Source: Balamuthia mandrillaris (lineage: Eukaryota). Taken from it: 64,000 nucleotides of DNA. Under the pieces are notes generated by a model that saw only the letters and a program-made list of their open reading frames with translations, ran no database searches and had not been told where the DNA came from. The translations under genes and the position numbers were made by a program. Each line of letters begins with the position of its first letter. Position 1 is the stretch's first letter. Positions 25,394 through 37,800 of the stretch are shown in pieces. The stretch is taken from contig JAVKOQ020000012.1 of assembly GCA_031835245.2 (NCBI GenBank), positions 186,001 through 250,000 on the forward strand, in the 5' to 3' direction.

Positions 25394-26164
25394 TCTCTCT
25401 GCTTTCTGGTGCTCACCAAAAACATCATTTGCTGTGTCGTACAGATTTGCTGAGCTTGTGCGTAGCCCCGGACAGCATACCCAGAGTACGGCAGGGTGCT
25501 TGGCGAGTCGCCCAAGCCCTCATGCAACAACTGCAACGAGAGGGCATCCGACCGACGGACCCAATGCTCCTCCACTTCGTCAAGGCGTACGAGAACAGCG
25601 CCACTGACCTTGTCCTAGACGTCTTTGGCATGCTGTCAACGCAATGCGGGATACAACGTCCCAGCCGGAATATTTTCCATCACATGATCGTTCGTGCCAA
25701 ACGGATAGACAAAACAGCGGACACAGCTTTTGCCCTGTGGGAGAGAATGAAGAAGATCGAGTCAGAAGGGACATCATCGTCACCATCCTCTTTCGCCTAC
25801 CACGAATCGATTCTGGCAGTTTTGCTCCGTACTGCTACAAAGTTTAAGGACATGGCACGGATGGAACAGTTGTTGGCGGTGATGCAAGAACGAAATATGC
25901 CCATAAGTAAAGAAGACTATATTCCTATCATCGCTCTCTATGCTGCCCACGACAAGAAAGACAACGTACTCTCGCTTTTGGATCACATGATGAAGAGCAA
26001 CGACCCAAAGATGATAAATGATGCTTGGAACATTTATCTCCAACTGACTATGGAGGGAGGCCAATTTGAGGCAGTCAAACAGGCTTTGGAAACAATGGAG
26101 AATGCTGGAGCGCGAGTGAATCATGCTACCTGCTCAAGATTGGTCTCTATATATGCTAAAAACG

Positions 26165-26201
<37 letters not shown>

Positions 26202-27252
26202 CTGCTTCTTCACTCTTTTATTGAACCACTGTAATATTAGAGATTACCCAAAGAAGGATTACAAATGTTACTATCCATGAAAGATAGGATGCGAGCACAA
26301 GCAGAGGTTAAACTGGAAGAAGAGCCACAACACGAAAATCGTTTGAGCGCCATCAAGTCCATCTTCGCTCCTCAAAAAACGGTGAACGATGAGGAGCCTT
26401 ATGACCTTTCATCCATGTTACACAACCAACTTGCCATTTACAGGGCTGCGGCTATGCAGTTATTGCTTGCCTTTGTGCCAACAAAAGATTGGGACTCTGC
26501 AGTACAAACCATTTTTACACTAACAGAGATGAACATACCGCTTGATATTGGACTCTTTGGAGTTTTATTTAAGGTTCTTTGTTCTCTTCTCTGTGAAGTT
26601 TCTGCTCACTCTAAGTTGTCGCTCACTTTTCTATATGGGTTACTTTGAAGTTCTGTGAAGGTCAACTTGATAAAGTAGAGTGGATTATGGAACGCATCGA
26701 GGCTGAACGGTTTAATCCTGACTTACTCACAATACACGCTGCTCTTTGCGCCTGTGGAGATAACTTGGAGTATATATATCTTTCTCCCGTTTTTTTAACT
26801 AGGGACTAACACCTCTCTCTCCCTCTCCCTCTCCCTCTCCCTCTCCCTCTCACTCTCTCTCCCTCTCCCTCTCCCTCTCCCTCTCCCTCCCTCTCCCTCT
26901 CCCTCTCCCTCTCCCTCTCCCTCTCCCTCTCCCTCTCACTCTTTGTGTTGTAACGTCAAGGTTGGCTCTTAAGGTGTGGAATAATTTCGTAAACGCACGA
27001 AACAAAACTCCTGATGTGAAAATACTGACGGTGTTGATGAGCATCTACATCAGAAACGAGCAATACGAGGAAGCCAAACAACTTGCAGAGCGTTACTCTC
27101 CCGTTGTTAAGCTCGACCTCAAGGCCTTTGGCTTGCTCATGTCTTCTTGTATTACGAAGAAGATGTATAAGCAAGCCTGGGAGCTCTATGAGGCTTCACA
27201 AACCCTAAGTTAGTATCTCTCCGTCAAGGCCTATTCTCCCTCTAGTCTTAAG

Positions 27253-27295
<43 letters not shown>

Positions 27296-27705
27296 ACCAC
27301 ACACTATCTTTTGCTCGTTCCCCCCAAAAAGAGATCAAAGCAGATGACCGGTTATTTGCAGCAGCCCTACTGGCAGCGCAGCGCATATTTGACTTTGACA
27401 ACCTGATACAAGAGTTTGGCAAGATGCAAGCAACCCAAGGCATGCTCCCCACTCCCATCACCCTCACCCCTCTCTTTAGGGCTTGCCAAAAGGAGGAAGA
27501 CCTCAGAGCCGTTCTCCAAGTTCTGTACAGAGCTCACGAGGCTCCTTCTGAACATCCATTGACGTACCTGGATAGGGAAGCTTGGAATCAGTTGAGATTT
27601 GCCTTTGAACGAGCTGGTAGGCTGAGGCTTTTCCAACAACACACCGACAGGTATGCGCATCGCACTAATCTTGCCCAGTTCTTGAAGGCCATGAAGAGGG
27701 CCTGA
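24812..27705 (+). CDS. Pentatricopeptide-repeat (PPR) protein, probably mitochondrial; multi-exon
   Basis: Arg-rich, acid-free N-terminus; ~35-aa helical repeats (YIPIIALYAAHDKKDNVLSLLDHM; PDVKILTVLMSIYIRNEQYEEA; MQATQGMLPTPITLTPLFRAC). Confidence 0.72.
26812..26940. repeat. (CTCTCC)n intronic microsatellite
   Basis: Read directly. Confidence 0.9.
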
Positions 27706-27775
27706 TGTAGTTTGCTTGACTAAAGAAGACAGAGGACGCAGTTTTGTTCTTCTTTTTCTTTCTTTTCGTTCTCTT

Positions 27776-28798
27776 TTACATATTCTCGCTCCACTCTTTG
27801 TTCAACAACGGAGCAATGGCCATCACCACCTCTTTCTTGCCACATAATATCGACCTCGCATCCAAGTCAAACAGCTCTCCTTCTCCTCCTTTCTCCAACA
27901 AGGAAGGCGTGACCACCACTCCACCGGCCTCCTCCACTATCACACTCGCTGCACACATGTCCCAGCTGTGCACACCCCATTCGTAGTAGGCGTTGCTGCG
28001 CCCGCAGGCAACGTCGCATATGCCGGAGGCTGCGGAGCCGCAGCAACGGATGCCGCGGGCGTGGTGCTTCAACAGGGATTGGAGGTTGTCGAGCATGAAG
28101 GAGATGCCGCGCTCGCTGCGTGAGTAGCCGATGTTGGTGGCTATGCAGGCCCTTGATAGCTGGGTCTCTTGGCTGACATGAATGGGCTTGTTGTTCAAAA
28201 ACGCTCCTTTTGTTTTGTTGGCGAAGATGAGAAGATGAGAGAGGAGAGGAAGAGCACAACAAACCTTGACCTCGAATGGCAGTGAACTTCTCGTTGAGTA
28301 TGGGGTTGTACACTATTCCTAGCTCTGCTCTTCTGCCTATGGCAAGCCCGATGCAAATAGCAACAAACGGATAACTTTGACCAAGCAACAAAAAAAAAAA
28401 AACATAGTTGAGTTTCGTTCGCTTCGAACGGATCCGCTCCACAAAATCAAAGAGCAAATTGTTCACCTGTGAACAAAGTTGGTGGTGCCGTCAATCGGAT
28501 CAATGACCCACGTCGGTTGTGAGGTTAGTTTAGGCTCCTCCTTGGCCGCTCCTTCTTCCTGTGAGGCCGCGGTGCTCTCCTCTCCCAAGAACAGGTGGTC
28601 CGGAAAGGCAGCGCTCAGCTTGGCCACGATCAACCGCTCCACCGCCACGTCGACCTCAGTGACCAGGTCCACGGCCCCGCCCTTCTCTTGCACCGACTCG
28701 TGCGCGCCAAACTTGCCGCGCACAATGGCGGCAGCCTCCTCCGCCGCCTCCATCGCCACCTCGAAGCACCGCTGCAGTAACCCTTGTTTGTCTCCCAT
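27776..28798 (-). CDS. IMPA: Inositol monophosphatase; 3 exons
   Basis: DLVTEVD, FLGEES, TWVIDPIDGTTNFVH, RCCGSAA, WGVHSWDMCAASVIVEEAGG. Confidence 0.95.
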
Positions 28799-28871
28799 TT
28801 CACCTCTTCGTTTCTTTCAAGAAAAAGAAAAGAAAAATAAGCCCTGTTGAAAGAAGACACTTTATAGAAAA

Positions 28872-31800
28872 TCATAGAGAGAGGGCTTTGAAGGCTTTGA
28901 GCAGCTTGGTCTTTTGTCCGATCTTGACGCCCAGGTCCTTCCAATCCTCGCTGGTGAGGTCCGGTAGCAAGTCCAACGTGATCTCCTGCTCCTCGAAGGC
29001 GGGCAGCAGGCTGGACAAGCCATTATCGTCGAGGAAACGCGCCAATGTGATTGGCGTTGTTGTTGCTGATGTTGTTGTTGTTGACTCAACGCCACCTTGT
29101 GGCTCTTTTTCTGAATCCTTTGCTTCTTCTTTTTGCTCTTTCTCTATTGTTGCTTGAATCCCTGCCTTTTGCTCTTGTTCTTCTTTCGTTGTCTGTTCTG
29201 GTTCGTTTGCTTCTGTTTCTTCGTTCTCGTTTTCTGATGCTGTTTGTATACTTTCGTGCTCTCCTTTTCCTTGTTTTTCTTCTTCGTTCTCTTTGTCTGT
29301 TTGAGCCTCCTCTTTGTGTACTTCTTCTTGTTTGGCAGGAGTGTCCGCGATAGGTCTATCTGTCTTCTTGTAGAAGAGCAAGTAGGCTGTTTTGCGGAGC
29401 ATCACGTCGTGGAAGGGGTCACCAACGGCCGTCACATATTCATCGTCAAAGAGATACCATTCGTTGTGATCAGCGTTATAGACTCGAGCGTAGTTATGAC
29501 CTGTTTCCAGGTTGCCAGAATGATGCTATCATTCGTTTGTTTGTTTGTTTGTTTGTTTGTTTGTTTGTTTGTTTGTTTGTTTGTTTGTTTGTTTGTTTGT
29601 TTGTTTGTTTGTTTGTTTGTTTGTTTGTTTGTTTGTTTGTTTGTTTGTTTGTTTGTTTGTTTGTTTGTTTTAGTCTAGAAAACAGGAAACAGAAGAGATG
29701 GAGAAAGAGCGAGAACAGTGAGAAGCACGTACACATATGGCATAAAGGGAGTACAAGGGGAAAGGAGGAGAAGAAGATGAGTAACGCGGAAACTCCAGTT
29801 CTGAAGGAATGATGACGGAGTGGTTCAGCTTGCGATAGTATTTGGCTCCTCCTTTTTGATACTGCTGGTAACGCCGAAGGTGAATGATGACTATCTCAGG
29901 CAGTTGTTTAATCTCTTCCTGCTTGATTGCTTCGATCTCTTCTGTCCTCTTGTCAACCGCGCACGCGTCGCAACGCCTTAAAATCAAAGCAGAGTGTTAA
30001 CAGAGAGAAATACAAATTGCAGAAGAATAAGAAGATAAGAAGGTAGATACCGTTTGACTTGTTCGGGTTGGAAGTAACCCGAAACCAAATCCTGTAAAGT
30101 AACCACAACGTTACTGCTATTTGCATCATCCTCACCTCTACTCAGCAAAAGGGGCAGACACAAGTGTTTGACCTCCAGAGTCTCAGTGCCGTCAATAGTG
30201 CTTTGGCACTCTGCCGAAGTGCACTTAACGTGCTGTTTGCAGGTGATCATCACAGCTTCCTCCAATGATGGCGCCGCTCGAAGCAGATGTTGAAGAAAGA
30301 ACGTGAGGAACTCGTGGGAGTCGTGCATGCGGCATCCTCCAAACTCGGGTTGTAAGGCGCATACCAAGCGATACAATTCAGACGGTCGGAACGATTTGTC
30401 TTCTCCTGAAAGCAAACGACCCACCAAGCGACGATAGCAATTCAACAAATCTTCAGTGGTTGTAGGTTTCATCACAGAAAAGTGGTACGAAGAATGGGGT
30501 TGTGGAAGAGGCGCATCGGTGTTGTTTTGCTGATGATGATCGGCAGGATGGAGAATTCGTTTGGTTAGAAGGTCGCTGCGGGATAAACACTGGAGAACAG
30601 CGTTCAGCCAACACGTGTTGCCCAAGTTTACCAGACCACATGCTCTTGTTGTTGCAGCTGGTGTGATGCCATAAGAGCGTGTGTTCTCATCCGTTATAAA
30701 CACAAATGAGTCAATGTCTTCTTCCATAGAAGGAGATGGAAGCTGAAGCAAATCCAGCATGTAGTTTTCGTGGAAGAAGCTTTCTTGCTGTTTGTCCGTG
30801 GACGATGAAGGAGTCGTGGCGATCGATTCAGGATTGGGCACCGCTCTATAGTTTGCCTCTTCTTCCTCTAACAACTTTTCCACTTCTTCCGGTACTTTCT
30901 CCACATATACTTCATCCGTTTCGATGACGACGTCGTGTTGTGCTTGCTGCTGCGCATTCTGGATTGTTCTTCTTCTTCTTCGTTTCTCTTCATCTCTGCT
31001 CATTCTGACTGTCAGCTCTCCATATAACTCGTGCAAAAGACACAAGTATGGCACATAATGCTCCACTTTGATGCTCTTTGGAAATATTTGCTCCACTTCT
31101 TCAATCATTAGATTACCTGCCGTAAGCCTCATAGCTTTTAAATCCCTTTCCATCACCAACATCAACGGGTGAGCGGTGTTGCTGTTGATAATCTTGTTCG
31201 CGTTCTCGGCCTGGAGCAGCATTTCTGTGACGGCCTGAATGGTGTCGTACCATCTCTGCGCTTCTTTACGAGTCAGTGGTTTAATATCGTCGTCATTCTT
31301 ATCCATCTTCTTTTTGGTGTCACGATTGTGGAGACCACGAGAGCTTCTTCCTAGCAACAACTTGAACATTCGGTCAAGTTCTTCGAGGGCAGGTGAAGGT
31401 AGAGGAACTTTGAAGGTGGTCGGAATGTTGATGAAACGATAGTCTTTGCTCTCCTCTTTTTTCACCACCAATTGGCACAGGTCTTTCAAGAATCGAAGAT
31501 GGAATCTTTGGAACGAGTTGAAGCCTATTGGAAGTGTTTGTGGAGCTAGTTGCCCTTTCACAAACCTGAGCAAAGACATTGTTTGTAGTTTCAACGTATT
31601 CTTGTCTTCTTGCTGTTGGTGTTGCAACTCGTCGAGAACGTGTCGAACGATTTCCTCAAAAAAGTCTATCAATCCAAACAGTTCTTCTTGTCCTACTTCG
31701 CGAAGACTCACTTCCAATTGTTTCTTCTTGTCCACTGGAAGCGGGTCCGCAAAAGGTCCTCCGTTGGGTAGTTTTAGACAAAGTTGCAGCAAATGGTATG

Positions 31801-34800
31801 ACCTCAACTTTTTGAGCACAGACGCGTCCGTCAATGCTCCGTCGCGAATGCCGGCATTAGGCTGCTGGTGAGAGGAAGGATGGAGAGACGAATCTTCGTT
31901 TTCTTCATTGTTGCAGTCGTCCACTCTGAGAACAAATGTCTGCCGCAATGCAGTGATCGCCCGTCCGAGTTCTATTTTACCACTCGTACGTTCCACCACC
32001 TTTTCAAATGTTTAAAGTTGATAAGTGAGAATGGGGATGGAAAAAACAAAAAGGTGGAAGGAGAAAGAAAAGAAAAAAAAATAAGAAGGGGCAATAAGAA
32101 AGAAATACCATTCGTTCAATACGAGCATTGTCAAAGCTCAAATCGCTGCGTTGACGTCGCTCATCCACAAAGCAGGCTTGCATACATACACATTCCTCAA
32201 ACTCCCGCAAGTCCCATCCTGTAAACAGCAGTTGCTGTTGCTCTCGCTCCAACTCTCCCGATGCCAACAAACTCAGATCTACTTCACGCTCTGCGTCACC
32301 CTCATCAAACAACAATCCTTGGCGGTCATCCATTCCATCACGCTTCATCAGAATCTCGTCTTGTGGAGCCACGATCGTTTGCAGGAAACGAATGATCGCA
32401 TCCGTGCCATCAGAGTCCGGCAGAGTTAACAGACATTCTATGAGAGGAGACTCGTCATCGACATCCACAATCAGCTGCTCGAATGCTCTTTGGTCCTGTT
32501 GATTGCGACACATGCCTTGTAGCTGTCCGTGAATGGCTTTGGCTTTATTCCAACTCCTCTTGAATCGTTCAAAAGCCGCTACCACTATCCTCACAGTCTC
32601 CTTCTCTTCTTCTCTCAGGCATTGAGAAATGGCTTGCGGTACGAACAACGTCTTCGCATCCTTCTCGCTCAGTCGTGAGACAAACACAGAGTTCATCATT
32701 CGGTAAAATAGCACCAAGTCCGGAACGTACTGCAAGGCTGGCAGTTTGGTAGCTGCATGTTGCACGTAGGCTCGCAACAAAGGTCGTGAAGTTTCGGCAG
32801 CTGTTGTAGTCAGCTCTTGATGGATCCTCTCGGCGTAGACTCGGTAAGAAAGGTCCAGCGGGGAGAAGAAGCGAGCCGCCTCTACAGCTCTCAGATCCAA
32901 TAGCTCAGCCATGTTATGGTGATGTGCTTTGGCGGCTTGCAGATGCACTTCCCGCAGCTCCACGTATCTTTGACTGACGTAATCAAACACCTGAGACTGA
33001 ATGACGTCTTCGTATGCTTTCACTTGGTCAGCGTTATCGAATACAGCGATGAAGCTTGGCGGAGGTTGGTGTTGTGGAGTAGCGAAGGAGAGTTGCCAAA
33101 TTCTGAGAAGAGCTTCTGTAAAGAAGTGAGGTCCGTCCATTCGTTGCTGCATCATTTCAGGATCGGTGCACAACATGTTTACAAAGGTCGCCCCTCGATT
33201 GAACACATACGCCTTGACCTGTTCCTCTTCGCTCCGGGCTCTTCCTCCCCGTTGAAGGGCTTCATCTTTCCAATTGTTGAGAAAGTGGTAGTTGGTAGTG
33301 AACACGCGGAAAGCATGTTGCGGATCCAGCAGCAAAGTCACGCACAACGGCAGCCACGCTAAGGCATTAATGCACAGTCGGTATCGTCGAATGTTATTCA
33401 TCACCGGTGGGTTGCTCATCTGCGTCAGTTCAGCGATCTGCTCTTGAGTCTTGTAGCCACAATCCCAGTTTCGTCTTTGATAGTCGGAGCCAGGGCCAAA
33501 GGTGTTGTGGAGGGTGGCAGGCAAGAAGATACGGTTATACACGTGATTGCTTTCTCTGGGGCAACCTAACGCTATCGCCAAGCAGTTCACAATCATGTTG
33601 GCTCTTGTCAAATCAACAGCAGCATCTCCGTTATCATTTTCTTGTTGCTGTCGTTGTTCTTCTCGTTTTCTTGCATCAGCGGAGAACAGGAATTGTAAAG
33701 GATCCAGCTCGCGAGAAGAAGCTGCTGCTGGTGCATTGGTAAACAGCAGGATTGCTTGTCTTTCCTGCGGGTTGATGTCCAATAGGCGAACTAGGTGTGA
33801 CCCTTCGATGTTGAGCTGTTCAGCCAAGAAGGGACATGCTTTGCCCTGGTTGAAGAAGTCATAATATACCACCAACAACACAAACATTCGTAATCGGTGA
33901 CGCCGCAATGTCGTCAATGCCACATCTTCTTCGTTTTCTAACTGTTGTCGGAGGTATTCGTTGAACGCTTGCAACTCGCGTTGTCTTATCAGACCATTGA
34001 AGCGTTGATACTCTCGTCCGGTTTCACTGTTTTGCTCCAGCATGAAGGAAAAGCGAGTGCCATCCCCAATGCTCGCTGCATCCTCCGCTACCGCCCACCG
34101 TTCTGCCAAGCCCAATTGTTGCAGCGCCTCTCTGCACTTAAGCAGTCTAACCAGACCCTGGTCGCGAGGAAAAGCCACAAAGAAGAAGCGAGCGGCTTCC
34201 AAAGGAGCTCCCAATTTCGGTCCTTCCATTTCGCACAACAGCAAACGAACCAGGCCAAGAGTGTTGGCTGGTTGTTCTGGCCATTCCTCTACGATGCCCA
34301 GAGCAGAGGCTTTGCTCTCATCACAAAGACTCTGGGCAGCTTTACGAAGGAGGATGCATGCCAGCGCTGCTCTTTGGATGATCAACTGGACCTTAAGGCC
34401 GTTATGCCCTTCTTGGGAGGAAGCGACCTCTATCTCGTTACACAGCTGCTCGAAACGATGGGCCACTGTAGGAAGAATGTCATTCTCGGTATCTTCTTCT
34501 TGCTGTTTCAACAGGATGAAGAACAGCATGTCTTCCAGCGGATATGCGGTTGAAGCAATCGCTTCCAGTTCTTTTTCTTGGTCGTTCTCATCTTTCTTCG
34601 TCAAGTGATTACTATTGTAGTTATAACGAAGGAGATGAGAGCGGTTCGAATATGAGGTTGCGATCACTTCTCCAGCGAGTTGCAGCATGGGTCGTTGCAG
34701 CTCTTCTTTTTGGTCTCTCAGAAATAAATACAGCAATCGTGTTCGCCAGTCAAGCGATAACTCTTGCCACCATGTCGCCACAAACTCTCTTAGTAGTTCT

Positions 34801-37800
34801 GAGTCTTCTTCGTTCTCAGCGCACAATCGCAAGTACAGCTCCAGGTCTTGCATTCTTTCCTCCTTCAGCACATCGTCCTCTGCTGTTGCTTTGCTGAGGA
34901 ATGAACGAATCACGTCTTGAACGAAGTACTTCCCACCGTGTGAATTTTTCTCTATCTCCTTCTCTCGACATAGCGCTATCATCCAACGAACGGCCAGATG
35001 CAATCCTCTCTCTTTCTCCTTTTCGTCTTCTTTCTCTTTCGCCTTCTCGTTCTGGTCTTTTTTGACAATGGCTGAAACCAGTTGTGTGACAGAATCGGTC
35101 CGAAGACGTGCCAGCAAGTCTTCTATCGACAAGTTCATATTCAGTTGAAAGAGGAAGATGCACAGCATGCTGTCGAACTGCATCCGTGCTAACGCATTCT
35201 TCACCTCTTCTTCCTCAATAAGAAGCTGCAGTAGGGCTTGTCTCTCTGGCATCCTTTGTCTCAGCTCCCTGAAGCATTTACACCAGTTGAGCAGCAGTTC
35301 TTGCTCTTCTTCTTTCTCTCGGCTTCGGTCAATGATGATGTCCTTCGTCAAACGAGTCCACAACTGGTCGATGGCAAGCCGACAAGCAAAGCCATGCAAA
35401 GCACGAGGGGTGGGCACTGCAGGCAGATCCTTCGTCACCGTGGCGACATCTGGCAGTGGTTCTCGCAGATGTTGCAAAGGGCCAAGACAGAGGGCAAAAA
35501 AGGCCAAGCAAGGTTGATCAAACTGTCGACTGATGAACAGGCCCAATACGGCCTCCTTTGACGTCCCGCGAATGGCTGACATTGAATCAAGCACCAAGCC
35601 GTACAGATCCATCCATGGCGACGTTATGTTGTTGCCAAGCTTTAATGTTCTTTGAACAAAGTTTTGCTTGAAGAGGAGGTAGAGAGATGGTTGGGAATGG
35701 ATGAAGCGTAACACAGAGAGAAAGTTGTGGTCTGTCAACTCCGCCAGTTTGTGGTGCACGTCCACAGCGGTCCGTTGTTGGGAGGCCAAACCAGTGATGG
35801 CTTGCTGCATTAGCGTCATGATCCTCTCCTCCAAGTCTTCATACATCGGGAAGGAAGCCGGATTGGCCCTCCTCTCTCCCGTCGCGAAGCGGACCCGCAC
35901 TGATTCGCGGCGACGCTCCAAAAGGTTGTCCAGAGGAGGGGGTTCCAAGCAGCCGATCATCATCCTAATCAAGCGTCGCATCATGGTAACGCTCATTTGT
36001 CCCTCTTCGCTGCTCTCTTGTTCCACGGTCGAAGCCAAAACTACGGTCTCCAAAGAGTGGAAGGACCACAAGGGTTGAAGAATCTGGATGAGCTGAGCCT
36101 CCAGAAGGAAACGCAGTGAGGAACAAACTGTCTGCACCAAGCTGCTGAACAGTTGACCCATGGCTACCGCTTCGCAGGATTCTCTCACCACAGCGTGCAG
36201 CAATGGTCCTGACCAAGTGTGAACAAATCGTTCCAAAATGGCTTCGTAGAGGTATGAATGAGAGCGGAACAGCTCCCTCATAAAGTCAAAGCGTTCCTGT
36301 TTGCTACTTTGAGGGCTGTAGAAGGCTTTGCTGGCTTTGAGTTTGTTGAGAAGAATGGTACGAGAGGGACGGAAAGCAAAGCAGTGTTTGCGCAGCAGGT
36401 CGAAGAACATGTGGGAGAAGGCCGCTTTGGTAGAAGCAAAGGATGCTGCCTTGCCCACGTCCAATCCAAAAGCCTTGGCGATCCACATTCGTCCATCTAC
36501 TTGGGCTGAATGGTGCTGCTGCGATCCCGGTGCTTTCTGTGGTTCCACATCAAAGATGGAAGCAGATAAAGAAGCGGAGGAAGAGTACAAAGACATGCAA
36601 TCTCCAAGACCAGCGGCAGTAGTGGTTGTCTCCAATCCTAAATGGTCCACGTACAAAAAGTCCCATCCATTCAAGTACACTGCGGGATAGCAGGCATGTT
36701 TGCTCACGCTCATCTCTGGCGGGAAGTGGAGGATGATCACTGCTAGACGATCGTTCAAAAGGTGTCTGTCCAAGAACGTGCGAAGCATGTTGACCTGGTT
36801 GGTGGAGCACTCGTACATGTCTGCCACGCACACCAGCAAGGCCTTCGCTGCGCTCTCCTCCACAAACTCTTTTATCACATTCTCGCATTCCTTGCTTGAA
36901 GACAGCGTATGCAGACACATCAGCTGAAACTCTCGTTTAGTTTCCTTCTTCGTCTGTTGTTGTTCACCTTCGGCTTCTTTCGGAAGACAAAGTCTAAAGG
37001 CCTCTTTGATGAAAAATTGAAGAAGAACCTGATCGTGATGCACTCGCAGCAGCTCTCCGCTGGTTCTGGTGTAGACGCACCACTTGTTAGTAGTATGGTC
37101 TTGCACGTATTCCTTCATGCGATAAGCTCTGTTGAGAAACTGCAGGAAGCGCATCACACTGAGGTGCTCTTGATTGGCAAAGTACTCTGTGACGTAGTTG
37201 GCAGGCAACATTCTGCACGAAAACAGAATTTCCGGTCGAGCCAGTTGAAGCAGCCGAAAGTTTAGTCTGCGCAGCGTTGCTCTTATGCCATTGTTGGAGA
37301 AAAGTACATCGCCGGACTGTCTTTCAGTGGTGCTCATGCCCCTTCTACCATCAATCTCTTCCTCTTCATCCGCAAAGTCGGGATATTCCTCATCTACTTC
37401 GTTTTCATTTTTCTTCTCTTGGTCGCCATCCTTTACAAGCTTGAAATCCTCTTCCATAGCCAGCAACTCTGTTGCTTCTTCTCTGTCAGCTTCCTCGCCT
37501 TTTGGAAGAGGCAATGGAGCAACGGATGACGCAGAAGCAGGTACTGAGAAAGGAGGAGGAAAGTCGAGCGTGGTGGTGCATTGCTGCGAACTGTGTTGAA
37601 CCGCATTTAGCAACAGGGAAGCTGTTGTCTCTTGTGGTACCAATCCATACAGCAGCCTTCGTCCGCCAGCTCCGTCGTGCACCCTCTCCACAAAGTCCTC
37701 CAATCCATCTTCAATGATGTCCAACATGCTCACACTCTTCGAACCTCCGTCTTTGGTACTCACCGCCACTTCCTTCCATTTTCGCAAAGCAACAGCGTGC

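Noticed and set aside
29984..31999. Treating the 671-aa ORF as a separate USP gene
   Set aside because: It starts at GTG directly after an AG acceptor and splices in frame to the 4034-aa ORF, with no room for a promoter.
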